Shown here in pieces: positions 1-10,798 of a stretch of DNA of 36,232 nucleotides. Where the stretch lies: positions 6,865-43,096 of the forward strand of contig JBDGRJ010000035.1 in assembly GCA_042218115.1 (NCBI GenBank). Reading direction: 5' to 3'. A program made the translations under genes and the position numbers. A model generated the notes under the pieces. The model did no database searches and had not been told where the DNA came from. It saw only the letters and a list, made by a program, of their open reading frames with translations. The first letter of the stretch is position 1; each line of letters begins with the position of its first letter. Origin of the DNA: Minisyncoccia bacterium. GTDB taxonomy: Bacteria > Patescibacteriota > Patescibacteriia > Magasanikbacterales > UBA922.

Positions 1-137
1 TAATGTAAGACAAATTAGAAATTTCTCCTTTGAGTTTACAAATTATATCTTTAAAAATTTAAACTATGTATTTATATGAGCATAAATTCATTATCTCCTA
101 ATCTGCTAAATTTATCAATATATAAACAGGTTTTGTA

Positions 138-171
138 ATTTTCCATTTCTTTACATAATGAAATGGAAAAT
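138..171. terminator. 12-bp inverted repeat (ATTTTCCATTTC-N10-GAAATGGAAAAT), possible terminator hairpin downstream of the M23 gene
   Basis: Perfect 12-bp arms in the intergenic DNA about 90 bp past the M23 stop; AT-rich and weak. Confidence 0.35.
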
Positions 172-259
172 AGAACTAAACACACAGGTGAAAAATTTAC
201 TTGATTCTCTCTTCTCTGAGAAATACTTCTCTATTCTTATATTTTACGACGCCGATAAT

Positions 260-1501
260 TTAGTAATCTTTAATTAGATAATCCATAGGGTCCGTAGGTA
301 TGCCATCTTTTCTGACCTCCATGTGTAGATGAGGGCCTGTGGACCAGGGTCCGGATCCAGGGGTGCCAGGCATACCACCAGATAGCCCTATTTTTTGTCC
401 TCTGGTAACAAACTCATTTTCCGAAACACTCACCTTGCTTAAATGAGAGTAAACTGTCGAGATGCCATTTGAGTGTACTACCATCACAAAGCTATAACAT
501 GAGGATGTTTGGCACCTTTTCGCTCTTGCCACATATCCGGCCGCTGAAGCATGTACTTCTGTCCCTTGAGCGGCTCTAATATCTATTCCTTTGTGTTCCA
601 TTATGTGTTTAAAAGGATAGTCTTCGTCATGGAACTCAGCGGTTATATAACGACTTTGTGTGGGCCAAGAGAGTGTTGTTGGATCACCTTCAATTCTGTC
701 TCTAAGTTCTTTTTTTCGTTCTACTTTTTTTCTTACTTTTTGTTCTATATTTCTTATATCTCTCTCTATCTGCTGAAATTTAGAGCGCAAATTATTTACT
801 AATGTCTTATATTTTAGTTCTGATCTTTGCACTCGCTCAAGTACCCTTTCTTTTAATTCTTTTTGCTCTTTCAGGTCCTGTTTCTTATTTTCAAGCTTAT
901 CTTTTTGAGATTCAAATTCTTGTTTCATTTTCTCTTTCTGCTTTTTTTCTCTTTGTAGTTCAGTTTTGTTTTGTTTTAAAGCCTTTGTGCTTTCAGCCAA
1001 GTCACGCTCAACAGACTCAAGTTGTTGTAGTTTATTATAAAATTCGGAAAAATTATCATAAGCAGCCAAGACTTCCACAAACTGATGCCTACCTTTTTGA
1101 TGTAATGTTTTAACCAGTTCTCCTATCATTTCTTTCTGTCTTTTTATGTCCTGCTCCTTTTGTTTAATATCTTTGTTCAAAGATTTTATACGTAAATTTA
1201 AGGATTCTACTCTTTTCTCTACTTTTTCTATCTCTAACTCAGTCTGAGAGATATTATTTTCAATAATATCCATTTGATTTGATAGCGACACAGCTTCTCT
1301 TCTTTTTGATTCAGCTTTATTCTGATATTTTTGAATACTCTCCTCAATATCGTCTATTTTTTCTCTCTTCTTCTCTATCTTATCCTTTAATTTATCTATA
1401 TCTTGCTCTAACTGAGAATAGCTAAAATTAGGAAGGAGAGTTGCACTAGTTGCAACTAAAAATAAGGTTAATATTGTATAAAAAAATGACTTTTTAGTCA
1501 T
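260..1501 (-). CDS. Secreted coiled-coil plus M23 peptidoglycan DD-endopeptidase (EnvC/MepM-like architecture)
   Basis: N-terminal signal peptide, long heptad coiled coil, C-terminal HKGID (HxxxD), YSHL and GPHLH (HxH) M23 motifs. Confidence 0.9.
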   Translation of the reverse strand: MTKKSFFYTILTLFLVATSATLLPNFSYSQLEQDIDKLKDKIEKKREKIDDIEESIQKYQNKAESKRREAVSLSNQMDIIENNISQTELEIEKVEKRVESLNLRIKSLNKDIKQKEQDIKRQKEMIGELVKTLHQKGRHQFVEVLAAYDNFSEFYNKLQQLESVERDLAESTKALKQNKTELQREKKQKEKMKQEFESQKDKLENKKQDLKEQKELKERVLERVQRSELKYKTLVNNLRSKFQQIERDIRNIEQKVRKKVERKKELRDRIEGDPTTLSWPTQSRYITAEFHDEDYPFKHIMEHKGIDIRAAQGTEVHASAAGYVARAKRCQTSSCYSFVMVVHSNGISTVYSHLSKVSVSENEFVTRGQKIGLSGGMPGTPGSGPWSTGPHLHMEVRKDGIPTDPMDYLIKDY

Positions 1502-3002
1502 TTAGTTTATTTATAGCAGTGTTAACTCTAGATATAGTTTTATTTTTGCCTAACACAGCTGCGGTCTCAAAAGGTCCAGGAGAGTTTTTTCTGCCGGTCA
1601 AAGCCACTCTCAGAGGCCACAATACATTTCCTACTCCGTACTCTTTTATCTCATTAATCCAGTTAAATATCTGTTCCTCGAGCTGGTCTTCATTCCATTT
1701 ATCTTCTTCTAGATCTTCTAGAAACTCTTTAATCTGAGATAATTTCTCTTCTGCGTCTTGTTTGTCAGCATCTCTCCACTCCAGTAATTCATCCTCATAA
1801 TTTAATTCATCAGAAAATACAAAACCTACAGATTCCACTAGTTCAACTAAATTATTCGCTCTTTCTTGTTCTAACTTCACCACTTGTTTTAGCCAATCAT
1901 AATCTATTTCTTCACCTATATCACCTTCATCCAATACACCAGCATTTACAAAAAATGGGATAGCTCTTTGGGTTAATTCATCAAGACCCATTTCTTTCAT
2001 GTATTGTTTATTATACCAATCGAGTTTATCTTTATCGAATACACTTGAGGATTTCTTGCACCTTTCTAGACTAAATTCCTCCTCTAGTTCTTTTAGTGAA
2101 AAAATTTCTCGGTCATCACCGGGATTCCACCCCAAAAATGCTATAAAATTAACTAATGCCTCAGATAGATACCCCGACTCTTTATAATCAAACACAGAAA
2201 CATCTCCATGCCTCTTTGAGAGTTTGTCTCCTTGCTCATTTACTAGTAACGGCAGATGAGCAAAGTTCGGTTTCTCCCAACCTAGAGCCTCGTACATCAA
2301 AATATGCTTTGGGGTCGAAGAGAGCCACTCTTCACCGCGAACAACATCAGTGACTTCCATCAAATGGTCATCTACGACATTTGCTAAATGATAGGTAGGC
2401 ATCCCATCTGATTTAACCAAAATCTGATCATCAACCTGGTCTGTATCAAAACTTACATTCCCCATTACTCCATCTTCAAACTCAACTTGTTCATGTTGTG
2501 GAGCTTTTAGTCGGATAACATACTCTTCCCCTCTATCTAGCCTCTCTTCAACCTCTTTTTTTGATAAAGTCGTTTCATTTTCCATAATTCTTCTATCGTA
2601 CATTGGGGCTTTGCCCGATTCCTGTTGTTTATTTCTCATCTCTTCAAGCTCCTCCTCGGTATCAAATGCTCTATAGGCTGCACCTTTATTTAATAATTCC
2701 TCTGCATAATCTAAATAAATATCTTTTCTCTGGGATTGAATATATGGACCTAAATCACCTTTCTGGATAATCTCACCTCCATCCATATCGACGCCCTCAT
2801 CTATTTCTAGACCTGACCACTTCAAAGACTTGATAATATTCTCAATCCCGCCCTCAACAAGTCTTTCTCTATCAGTATCTTCTATTCTAAGCATGAACTT
2901 GCCTCCCTTTTTTCTCGCTAATAAATAAGCATACAATGCTGTTCTTAGCCCACCTACATGAAGAAAACCAGTTGGACTCGGAGCAAATCTTGTTTTGGTC
3001 AT
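1494..3002 (-). CDS. gltX: Glutamate--tRNA ligase
   Basis: RFAPSPTGFLHVGG (HIGH), RIEDTD, YHLANVVDD, RGEEW, KLSKR (KMSKS). Confidence 0.98.
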   Translation of the reverse strand: MTKTRFAPSPTGFLHVGGLRTALYAYLLARKKGGKFMLRIEDTDRERLVEGGIENIIKSLKWSGLEIDEGVDMDGGEIIQKGDLGPYIQSQRKDIYLDYAEELLNKGAAYRAFDTEEELEEMRNKQQESGKAPMYDRRIMENETTLSKKEVEERLDRGEEYVIRLKAPQHEQVEFEDGVMGNVSFDTDQVDDQILVKSDGMPTYHLANVVDDHLMEVTDVVRGEEWLSSTPKHILMYEALGWEKPNFAHLPLLVNEQGDKLSKRHGDVSVFDYKESGYLSEALVNFIAFLGWNPGDDREIFSLKELEEEFSLERCKKSSSVFDKDKLDWYNKQYMKEMGLDELTQRAIPFFVNAGVLDEGDIGEEIDYDWLKQVVKLEQERANNLVELVESVGFVFSDELNYEDELLEWRDADKQDAEEKLSQIKEFLEDLEEDKWNEDQLEEQIFNWINEIKEYGVGNVLWPLRVALTGRKNSPGPFETAAVLGKNKTISRVNTAINKLND

Positions 3003-3034
3003 ACTAATTTACTTATTTTATGATTAACTGAATT

Positions 3035-3796
3035 TTAAGATTGCATATTAAAAAAAACAATTCCAGCAGAAACTCCGATGTTGAGAGATTCTGCTTCACC
3101 GCTTCCTTCGATAGTATACCGCGCATCGAGCATATTTTCAATCTCATCCGCTAATCCGTGCGACTCATTGCCAAAAATATATACAGCCTTTTTATCTAAC
3201 TTTTCTGTGTTACTTATTTTTCTCCCCTTTAAATCCAAACCAAATAATTTATATCCGCCTTCTTTTAACTTTTTTAAATCCTTCTTTACATCATTTGTTT
3301 CTACAATATCAACATGAAAAAAAGATCCCATCGATGAACGGACAACCTTTTCATTTCTAGCCTCTACACTTCCCTCTGAAATTAGAATGTTGTTAATACC
3401 AAACCAGTTAGCTGTTCTAATGATTGTACCAAGATTCCCGGGATCACTAATACGATCAAGGCAAATTACTGGCTTTCCATTTTCAAGGTCACTTACACTC
3501 CTCTTCTCTGCTTTCACTATGGCTAGAACTCCAGGGAAAGTTTCAGTTGTTTTAATTTTTTGTGCTTGTTTTTTATCACTTTTTCCGACCGAAATGCCTT
3601 TATTTTTTGCTAAATTTAGCATTTTTTCGTAATCTTTTTCCATTTTTTCTTCTATTACTAGCATAATCACTTCTGATGAGCCACTAATAGCTTCCATCAC
3701 CCCCTTTTCTCCTTCGACTAAATACTCACCATATTTCTCCCGAAACTTTTTTTGATGCAACTTTGTAATATGAGTCTGATCAGAGTTTGAAAGCAT
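3035..3796 (-). CDS. TrmH/SpoU family RNA 2'-O-methyltransferase
   Basis: DPGNLGTIIRTA, FGNESHGL and ESLNIGVSAGI SPOUT motifs. Confidence 0.93.
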   Translation of the reverse strand: MLSNSDQTHITKLHQKKFREKYGEYLVEGEKGVMEAISGSSEVIMLVIEEKMEKDYEKMLNLAKNKGISVGKSDKKQAQKIKTTETFPGVLAIVKAEKRSVSDLENGKPVICLDRISDPGNLGTIIRTANWFGINNILISEGSVEARNEKVVRSSMGSFFHVDIVETNDVKKDLKKLKEGGYKLFGLDLKGRKISNTEKLDKKAVYIFGNESHGLADEIENMLDARYTIEGSGEAESLNIGVSAGIVFFNMQS

Positions 3797-3797
3797 T

Positions 3798-4580
3798 CTA
3801 TTTAATTACTTCAAGCATAGTGGAGTGTATATTATCGTTAGATGTTACTACATCTTTTTGGCTGATATCATAATCATTACCACCGGGATCAGTTATATTT
3901 CCTCCAGCTTGTTGTAAAATAATTGCTCCTGCTGCATAATCCCATGGACTAAGATTATACTCCCAGTACCCATCTATTCTGCCTGCGGCTAAATAACAAA
4001 AATCTAGTGCAGCAGCACCCATTCTTCTTATGCCGCCGACATCCTGCTTTAAGAATGATCTCATCATATCTATATTTTTCATTGACAACTTACCACTTCT
4101 ATCATAAGGAAAGCCCGTTGCTATAATACTTTCACTTAATTTAGATTTGGTGCTTACCTTTATTTCTTTATTATTTAAGTATGCCTGCTGATCTTCTGTA
4201 TCCGCATAAAACATTTCATCTGAGACAGGATTAAAAACTAACCCTAATATGGGTTTATCTTTTTTGTATAAAGCTATCGAAATACAAAAGTGAGGAATTT
4301 TTTGAGCAAAATTCGTAGTTCCATCGATCGGGTCTATATACCAGCTATATCCCGAAGTACCTCCTATTCGATCTGACTCCTCTTTTACTATTGAGTGGTC
4401 CGGGTAAGATTCCCTTATTGTATCTACTATTATCTGTTCTGATTCTTTGTCTGATTCCGTAATTAAATTAAATGAACCTTCATCTTTTTTGTCTATATTA
4501 ACACCATCTTTATTAAATTGTTGCTCTAAGTAGTTTCCCGCCTCTTTAGCCGCCTTGACTGCTACTCTTTTTCTCTTCAT
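3798..4580 (-). CDS. suhB: Inositol monophosphatase family protein
   Basis: WYIDPIDGTTNF and WDYAAG signature motifs. Confidence 0.93.
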   Translation of the reverse strand: MKRKRVAVKAAKEAGNYLEQQFNKDGVNIDKKDEGSFNLITESDKESEQIIVDTIRESYPDHSIVKEESDRIGGTSGYSWYIDPIDGTTNFAQKIPHFCISIALYKKDKPILGLVFNPVSDEMFYADTEDQQAYLNNKEIKVSTKSKLSESIIATGFPYDRSGKLSMKNIDMMRSFLKQDVGGIRRMGAAALDFCYLAAGRIDGYWEYNLSPWDYAAGAIILQQAGGNITDPGGNDYDISQKDVVTSNDNIHSTMLEVIK

Positions 4581-5361
4581 TTGTTATTTTATTAAATAAA
4601 TATTTTAATTGATACAAAAAATTAAGTACAGGAAAAATTACTACAGCTTTTATTATTCTAGTAAGACGAGAGGGTTCTTTATACAATCTATACAACCACT
4701 CAAAACCCCAATTCCTAACCCAAGTAGGGGCTCTTTCTACTTTTCCTGCATGATAGTCAAACGCACCACCCACTCCCATAGCTATATCAACCCCCGGGAT
4801 ATCCTCAAGATACGCATGTATCCAGAGTTCTTGCTTGATATGTCCAAATGCAACAAATAATACATCAGGTGACTTCATTACTATCTCATGCAGAATATGT
4901 TCGTTCTTATTGGTATTCAAGCCTAGCTTATTAATATTGCCAACCTTATTGAGTTTAATTTTTGGTCCCGGATGAGAACCAATAATATTTAGATCGGGAT
5001 ATTTATTTTTTATATTTTGCTGTAAATCTTTCAGTACATCCTCAGAACCAGAGCCTAGAAGATATACACTTTTATCTTGTTGTTCAGCTAAATCACAGAT
5101 ATCCAGCATAAAATCAGTACCTGTGATTCGCTCAAACTTATGAAAATTAAAGAAATTTATCCCCTTACTGTCACAAAGGTTCAAAGAAGCATCATTCAAA
5201 ACTTGTTGGAAATAATCATCACGACTAGCATCTACCAACATTTCAGCATTTGGAGTAAATATCATATGAGATTCATCTGAATTGAAAAAATCTCTTACTT
5301 TTTCCTTACTTTCTGTCTTATTTGTCGTTGATATCTCTACATCTATAACCTTTTTTGCCAT
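4546..5361 (-). CDS. WecB/TagA/CpsF family glycosyltransferase
   Basis: TPNAE, RITGTD, KQELW, MGVGGAFD and EWLYRL motifs. Confidence 0.93.
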   Translation of the reverse strand: MAKKVIDVEISTTNKTESKEKVRDFFNSDESHMIFTPNAEMLVDASRDDYFQQVLNDASLNLCDSKGINFFNFHKFERITGTDFMLDICDLAEQQDKSVYLLGSGSEDVLKDLQQNIKNKYPDLNIIGSHPGPKIKLNKVGNINKLGLNTNKNEHILHEIVMKSPDVLFVAFGHIKQELWIHAYLEDIPGVDIAMGVGGAFDYHAGKVERAPTWVRNWGFEWLYRLYKEPSRLTRIIKAVVIFPVLNFLYQLKYLFNKITNEEKKSSSQGG

Positions 5362-5364
5362 AAA

Positions 5365-5910
5365 CTATAGCTTTATTGACTCTAATGTCTTATACTCCGG
5401 ACCACTTGGCTTTAGCTTACTTTTCTTAATCTCAACCTCATCTACCTTAAAACTATAATCTATATCTAAGTTTGGCAACCTAATCTCCGAATTGTCTTTT
5501 TGTATTCTTCCTAAAGTTATATGCGGGATCCACTTTTTATTATCATAAGGCAGGCTGTTTTTATCCAAATAACTACGGAGGTTCTGTTCAAGTTCGAAGC
5601 TGTTTCTTCCGTTGAGCTCTTTTAGTTTATTTATTAATACACTCGGATTGTCTAATGAGGGAAAGGCGTCTAGCTTGAAAAAAGAAAATTTAAAAGGAAC
5701 AATCGGTTCTGCAGCTTGCTTTATAAGTGTACTCAATTGTTCCAGTTCATCCTTTTCTAAGTCACCTATAAACTTTAAGGTAACATGCATTTTACTGGGC
5801 TCAGTCCATTTAACTTTTGGGGTTTTGTTGTTTGCCTGTATCTGCTTTTGTGTGTTTTTTAGTTGTGTTTTAACTTCTTTTGGTATCGGCAAAGATATGA
5901 AGATCCTCAT
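5365..5910 (-). CDS. thpR: RNA 2',3'-cyclic phosphodiesterase (2H phosphoesterase, LigT)
   Basis: MRIFIS start, two HxT motifs (HVTLKF, PHITLGR). Confidence 0.92.
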   Translation of the reverse strand: MRIFISLPIPKEVKTQLKNTQKQIQANNKTPKVKWTEPSKMHVTLKFIGDLEKDELEQLSTLIKQAAEPIVPFKFSFFKLDAFPSLDNPSVLINKLKELNGRNSFELEQNLRSYLDKNSLPYDNKKWIPHITLGRIQKDNSEIRLPNLDIDYSFKVDEVEIKKSKLKPSGPEYKTLESIKL

Positions 5911-5954
5911 TTTTAGATAGCTTTATATTTAGTACCGTATAAAAGTAACAAATT

Positions 5955-5983
5955 TTGACAAAGTTTTCCAGTCGTGTTATATT
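5955..5983 (+). promoter_or_regulatory. Sigma70-type promoter of clpB
   Basis: TTGACA (5955-5960), 17-bp spacer, extended TGn-TATATT (5978-5983). Confidence 0.8.
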
Positions 5984-6008
5984 ATCACTCGAAGACTTAG
6001 AGTGATAA
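5982..6008. promoter_or_regulatory. CIRCE (HrcA operator) variant TTATCACTC-N9-GAGTGATAA
   Basis: Perfect 9-9-9 inverted repeat, one symmetric change from the TTAGCACTC-N9-GAGTGCTAA consensus, overlapping the predicted TSS of a heat-shock gene. Confidence 0.85.
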
Positions 6009-6025
6009 ATACAAAAATTTCCACT

Positions 6026-8674
6026 ATGATTCCACAAAATTTTACAAATAAAGCAAAAAAAGCACTACAAGAGGCCTCGAAATTAGCACAAAAAAACAAT
6101 CAGAGTGAGATTCAGCCTCCTCATCTTTTTTGTGCCCTACTTCAGCAAAAAGAAGGTGTAGTCCGCTCAGTATTAAAAAAACTAAATGTAAATATTAAAC
6201 AGCTTAGAGACGATATTAGTAATTTAATTAAAAGATTACCGAAAAACACTGATGGTGCAGCCGAAGCAGGGTTCGGTCAAGTTACGATGAGTAAATCGAT
6301 GGCATATATTATTAAGAGCGCTCAGAAAGAATCTCAAAAAATGGGTGACCAATATATTAGTGTAGAACATATCCTACTTGCTTTCTTATCAAGCCAAAAC
6401 CCGATTAGTGAAAAATTGGCTCAGGAAAATGTACAGTATGATGATATAAAAGAGGTTATCGATGATATAAGGGGTGACAAGATGGTGGATTCGCCTAGTG
6501 CAGAAAGTACTTATGAAGCCTTAGAAAAATATGGAATGAATTTTACTCGTTTAGCCGAGGAGGAGGAGCTGGACCCAATAATAGGAAGAGATGATGAGAT
6601 CAGAAGAGTTATGCAGGTATTATCAAGAAGAACTAAAAATAACCCTGTACTTATCGGAGAAGCAGGAGTAGGAAAGACAGCTATAGTAGAAGGCTTGGCT
6701 CAAAGAATTGTAAATGGTGACGTTCCTGAAAGTTTAGAAGGAAAACAGGTCATATCTCTAGACATTGGTTCTCTGCTCGCTGGTACTCGTTTTCGTGGTG
6801 AGTTTGAGCAGAGATTCAAAGCTGTGTTAAACGAAATAAAAGAATCAGATGGTGAGATAATTCTCTTTATAGATGAGCTTCATACAATCATGGGAGCAGG
6901 GTCCTCTGAAGGTGCAGTAGATGCTTCTAACTTGCTTAAACCTGCTTTAGCTCGTGGTGAGCTAAATGCGATCGGAGCTACAACACTCAGCGAATATCAA
7001 GAGCATATCGAAAAAGATGCAGCTTTTGAAAGAAGATTTCAAACCATATATGTTGAGGAGCCCTCAAATGAAAATGCAATCGCTATACTTCGAGGAATAA
7101 AAGAAAAATATGAAGTTCATCACGGTGTCAGAATCACTGATCCTGCAATAGTGGCCGCAGTAAAGTTGTCCGACAGATATATCACAGAAAGAAATTTGCC
7201 CGACAAAGCGATCGATCTTATTGATGAAGCTACCTCCTCACTACGTTTAGAGATTGAATCCAGGCCGGATGAGCTTGATAAGATGAAGCGAGAAATTATG
7301 AAGATGGAGATAGAGGTTCAAGCACTGGAAAATGAGGACGATCCTGAGTCCAAGGAAAGATTAGATGATCTAAAAGAGGAGCTAGAAAATTTAAGAGAAG
7401 AAAGTAATGAACTCGAGGTGCATTGGAAAAATGAAAAGGATATTATCAAAGAAATTAGAAATAAAAAGAAAAAGATAGATGATCTTAAACAAAAAGCTGA
7501 GAAACTAGAACGACAAGGAGAGCTGCAAAAAGTCGCTGAAATTAGATATGCAGAAATACCAAAGACCGAAAAAGAAGTGGAAGAACTTGAGGAAAAGCTA
7601 GAAGATATACAAACCGACAAATCCATACTAAAAGAAGAAATTACTGAAGAAGATATTGCAAAAGTGGTCTCCCGCTGGACCGGAATCCCGGTCTCTAAGA
7701 TGCTACAAAGCGAAAAAGAGAAACTTGCCAATATGGAAGAAAAGATCAGTGAAAGAGTAATCGGACAAGATGAAGCTATTGAAGCGGTTTCCAATGCTAT
7801 TAGACGGTCCAGAGCAGGTGTAGCCGACAAAGATAAACCAATAGGCTCTTTCCTCTTTTTAGGCCCAACCGGTGTTGGTAAGACGGAACTAGCCAAAACA
7901 CTGGCAGAATTTCTCTTCGATGATGAGGAAGCTATGGTCCGAGTAGATATGTCTGAATATATGGAAAAGCACTCTGTAAGTAAATTTGTTGGTTCACCCC
8001 CTGGTTATGTAGGTTTTGATGAAGGAGGTCAGCTTACTGAAAAAATTAGAAAAAGACCATACTCTGTGGTTTTATTTGATGAAGTAGAAAAAGCGCATCC
8101 AGAGGTATTTAATACTATGCTGCAAATATTAGATGACGGACATATTAAAGACGGAAAAGGAAGAAAAGTAAACTTCAAAAATACAGTCATTATTATGACC
8201 AGCAATATTGGTAGTGATAAGATTATGAACCTGGGAACAAAAGGAGAGTTTGGATTTGAAGCCGGAGAAGACAAAACAATCGAAGAACAAGAGGATAAAA
8301 TAAAAACTCAAGTCGAAAATAAATTGAAGGATAACTTCAGACCTGAATTTCTCAACAGAGTTGATGAAAAAATTATCTTTCATCCTCTATCAGAAGATGA
8401 CCTAAGAGAAATAGTCGACCTCCAGTTGGATGAAGTAGAACAAAGATTAAACGAAGAAAAAATTGGACTAGAAGTAACCCAAGAAGCAAAAAAATACCTG
8501 GCTGATGAAGGGTATGATCCAAACTATGGAGCTAGACCACTACAGAGAGTAATACAAAAAGAGGTACTTGATAAGATCGCACTAGATATCATTCAAGAAG
8601 ATATTGAAGAAAGACAAACAGCTGTAGTAGATACTAATGAGGATACAGAAGAGATTATAGTAACAAGCAAATAA
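6026..8674 (+). CDS. clpB: ATP-dependent chaperone ClpB (probable start ATG 6026; the ORF track start at 6002 lies inside the CIRCE)
   Basis: Clp N-domain, two AAA+ modules ([16 protein letters not shown]), long coiled-coil M-domain, GYVG pore loop. Confidence 0.96.
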   Translation: MIPQNFTNKAKKALQEASKLAQKNNQSEIQPPHLFCALLQQKEGVVRSVLKKLNVNIKQLRDDISNLIKRLPKNTDGAAEAGFGQVTMSKSMAYIIKSAQKESQKMGDQYISVEHILLAFLSSQNPISEKLAQENVQYDDIKEVIDDIRGDKMVDSPSAESTYEALEKYGMNFTRLAEEEELDPIIGRDDEIRRVMQVLSRRTKNNPVLIGEAGVGKTAIVEGLAQRIVNGDVPESLEGKQVISLDIGSLLAGTRFRGEFEQRFKAVLNEIKESDGEIILFIDELHTIMGAGSSEGAVDASNLLKPALARGELNAIGATTLSEYQEHIEKDAAFERRFQTIYVEEPSNENAIAILRGIKEKYEVHHGVRITDPAIVAAVKLSDRYITERNLPDKAIDLIDEATSSLRLEIESRPDELDKMKREIMKMEIEVQALENEDDPESKERLDDLKEELENLREESNELEVHWKNEKDIIKEIRNKKKKIDDLKQKAEKLERQGELQKVAEIRYAEIPKTEKEVEELEEKLEDIQTDKSILKEEITEEDIAKVVSRWTGIPVSKMLQSEKEKLANMEEKISERVIGQDEAIEAVSNAIRRSRAGVADKDKPIGSFLFLGPTGVGKTELAKTLAEFLFDDEEAMVRVDMSEYMEKHSVSKFVGSPPGYVGFDEGGQLTEKIRKRPYSVVLFDEVEKAHPEVFNTMLQILDDGHIKDGKGRKVNFKNTVIIMTSNIGSDKIMNLGTKGEFGFEAGEDKTIEEQEDKIKTQVENKLKDNFRPEFLNRVDEKIIFHPLSEDDLREIVDLQLDEVEQRLNEEKIGLEVTQEAKKYLADEGYDPNYGARPLQRVIQKEVLDKIALDIIQEDIEERQTAVVDTNEDTEEIIVTSK

Positions 8675-8676
8675 AC

Positions 8677-9840
8677 TTAGTTTATTTTCTCTACAGCCCA
8701 CTCCAGTTTGTCAACAACATAATTAACTTTCTCTCTAGTGGTATTTTCTCCCATAGTAAACCTTACACTGTACTCGCTGCAACCACACAACAAATCGACT
8801 GCATTTACCAAATCTTTGTTAGTTCTCAAACTACAAGCAGAACCAGAAGAGCAATAAATTCCCTCTGAATCCAAATAAAGCAAGAGTTTCTCCCCCTCTA
8901 TACCACTAAAAGATAAGTTTAAATTATTGGGCGCTCTCTGTTCTACACCTAGATCAGCCCCGTTCATACTCACTTGTCGATCAAATTTGTCTCTTATTTG
9001 ACGTAAAAAGTGTTGTTGCAGTTCAAATAGTCTATCCCTTTCTTCTTCCTTTTTATCCTGAACTCTGGTCAGCGCTTCAGCCATTCCTACAATACCGGGG
9101 ACATTTTCCGTTCCAGAACGCAATCCCTTCTCTTGTCCTCCACCAAACATAATAGGTTCTAGTTCAATATTTCTATTTTTATATAACACACCTACGCCTT
9201 TCGGTCCATATATCTTACTACCATTAATTACCAAAAGATCAGCATGCAGCTTTCTAACATCTAAGTGCAAGTAGTTACTAGCTTGGCAAGCATCAGTGTG
9301 GAATAGAGGGAGATTGTTTTCTTTATCTTGCCTAAAGTTTAGTATTTTTTTACCAATTCTTTGTATCGGGTAAATATTACCGATCTCATTATTTACATAC
9401 ATCAAAGAGACTAAAATTGTATCTTCGCAAAGAGCCTCTTCAAGTTCTTTAAGATCAAACCACCCATTGTCATCTACATCCAGATACGTCACATCAAAAC
9501 CTTCCTGTTCTAGTTGTTTTACCGGGTTTAATACTGAGGGGTGCTCAAGTTTAGTAGTAATAATATGTTTCCCATAACCGCTGTAATGTTTTGCAGCACC
9601 TAATAAAGCTATGTTATTAGCTTCAGTAGCACTTCCAGTAAAGAAGCAGGTATCCGGCTGTGTTTTTAAATTTTCAGCCACCTCTTCTCTGGCCGACTCT
9701 ACTGCCTCTTTTGCTTCTACGCCCAGCTTATGTAAGGCAGAAGGATTTCCATAATGCTTGTTGAAAAAGGGCTTCATCTTCTCCATCACACTATCTGCTA
9801 CAGGAGTTGTTGCAGCGTGATCTAAATATACTTTCGTCAT
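8677..9840 (-). CDS. iscS: Group I cysteine desulfurase (IscS/NifS-like)
   Basis: YLDHAATTP, HTDACQ, KIYGPKG, RSGTEN, SSGSAC catalytic Cys loop. Confidence 0.9.
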   Translation of the reverse strand: MTKVYLDHAATTPVADSVMEKMKPFFNKHYGNPSALHKLGVEAKEAVESAREEVAENLKTQPDTCFFTGSATEANNIALLGAAKHYSGYGKHIITTKLEHPSVLNPVKQLEQEGFDVTYLDVDDNGWFDLKELEEALCEDTILVSLMYVNNEIGNIYPIQRIGKKILNFRQDKENNLPLFHTDACQASNYLHLDVRKLHADLLVINGSKIYGPKGVGVLYKNRNIELEPIMFGGGQEKGLRSGTENVPGIVGMAEALTRVQDKKEEERDRLFELQQHFLRQIRDKFDRQVSMNGADLGVEQRAPNNLNLSFSGIEGEKLLLYLDSEGIYCSSGSACSLRTNKDLVNAVDLLCGCSEYSVRFTMGENTTREKVNYVVDKLEWAVEKIN

Positions 9841-10433
9841 TATATAGGTAGAGTCATATTTATATTCCCCTCCTCTTGTTGCGCTTCTTCGCTTTCAAAG
9901 TCAAACTCAAAGTCGACTGATATGGGTTGTAAATCTCCTTTTAAATTTTCATGATATAGCATCTTATTTTCTTTTCCGAACTCATAGACATCTTTAGTCA
10001 CTTTAACATCCTGCTCACAATAGTCCTTTATTTTCTCTATCTCTCCCTCTTCATACCACTCCATAGCCTTTACACCATCAGCGCTCTTCTCGACCCCCTC
10101 TAGAGTAGCTTGAGCAATGTCATCAAGTTTGTATCTTTGGCCTGATGATTCTTTTATTCTCTCAAGTAGATCTAGATGGGGGATCTGGCTTAAATCACCA
10201 GCATAAAAATTATTTAATACCGGAACATCAAAATGCTTGCTATTATACCCAATTAGCAGGTCAGCCTGTTCTAGTTTTTTCCACAAGTCTCCTAGCTCAT
10301 CTTCATCATAAGATTCATATTTATCTTCTTCATAATCATAAAGAGAGGCCACAGTGACCTCCAACTCCTCTTTGTTATTTATATCGCCGTATGTTTCAAT
10401 ATCAAAAATAATCTCTTTTTTTGATTCGGACAT
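9840..10433 (-). CDS. RNase H-like/DEDD exonuclease domain protein (YprB/MrfB-like)
   Basis: IFDIET, GYNSKHFD, LDDIA and YCEQDV exonuclease motifs; stop overlaps the iscS start (TAATG). Confidence 0.8.
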   Translation of the reverse strand: MSESKKEIIFDIETYGDINNKEELEVTVASLYDYEEDKYESYDEDELGDLWKKLEQADLLIGYNSKHFDVPVLNNFYAGDLSQIPHLDLLERIKESSGQRYKLDDIAQATLEGVEKSADGVKAMEWYEEGEIEKIKDYCEQDVKVTKDVYEFGKENKMLYHENLKGDLQPISVDFEFDFESEEAQQEEGNINMTLPI

Positions 10434-10499
10434 ATGGATATAAGTTAAATAATTACAGCAAATATGATACCAAATAATTCAAACTCAAAAAACCAAGCG

Positions 10500-10730
10500 T
10501 TAACTTTCCAAAGCTTGCTCGATCTTATTTTTGTCAAAACCTACTATAATCTCGCCATCAATATCAATTACAGGCACCCCCATCTGGTCTGATTTGTCGA
10601 TCATCTCTTGTTGTTTTTCTTGGTTCTCTGAAACATCATAATCTTCATAGTCGATATCATTTTCATCAAGATAGGTTTTAACTTTCTTACAATACGGACA
10701 AGTTGGGGTCGAGTAAACTGTGACTGACAT
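10500..10730 (-). CDS. Glutaredoxin-like protein (YruB/NrdH family)
   Basis: YSTPTCPYC active site, GVPV cis-Pro, IVGFD. Confidence 0.92.
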   Translation of the reverse strand: MSVTVYSTPTCPYCKKVKTYLDENDIDYEDYDVSENQEKQQEMIDKSDQMGVPVIDIDGEIIVGFDKNKIEQALES

Positions 10731-10798
10731 GGAATAAATATTAAGATTAACTGAGTTAATAATTACATTTTAACTTTCGTTAGTCAATTTATTTACCA

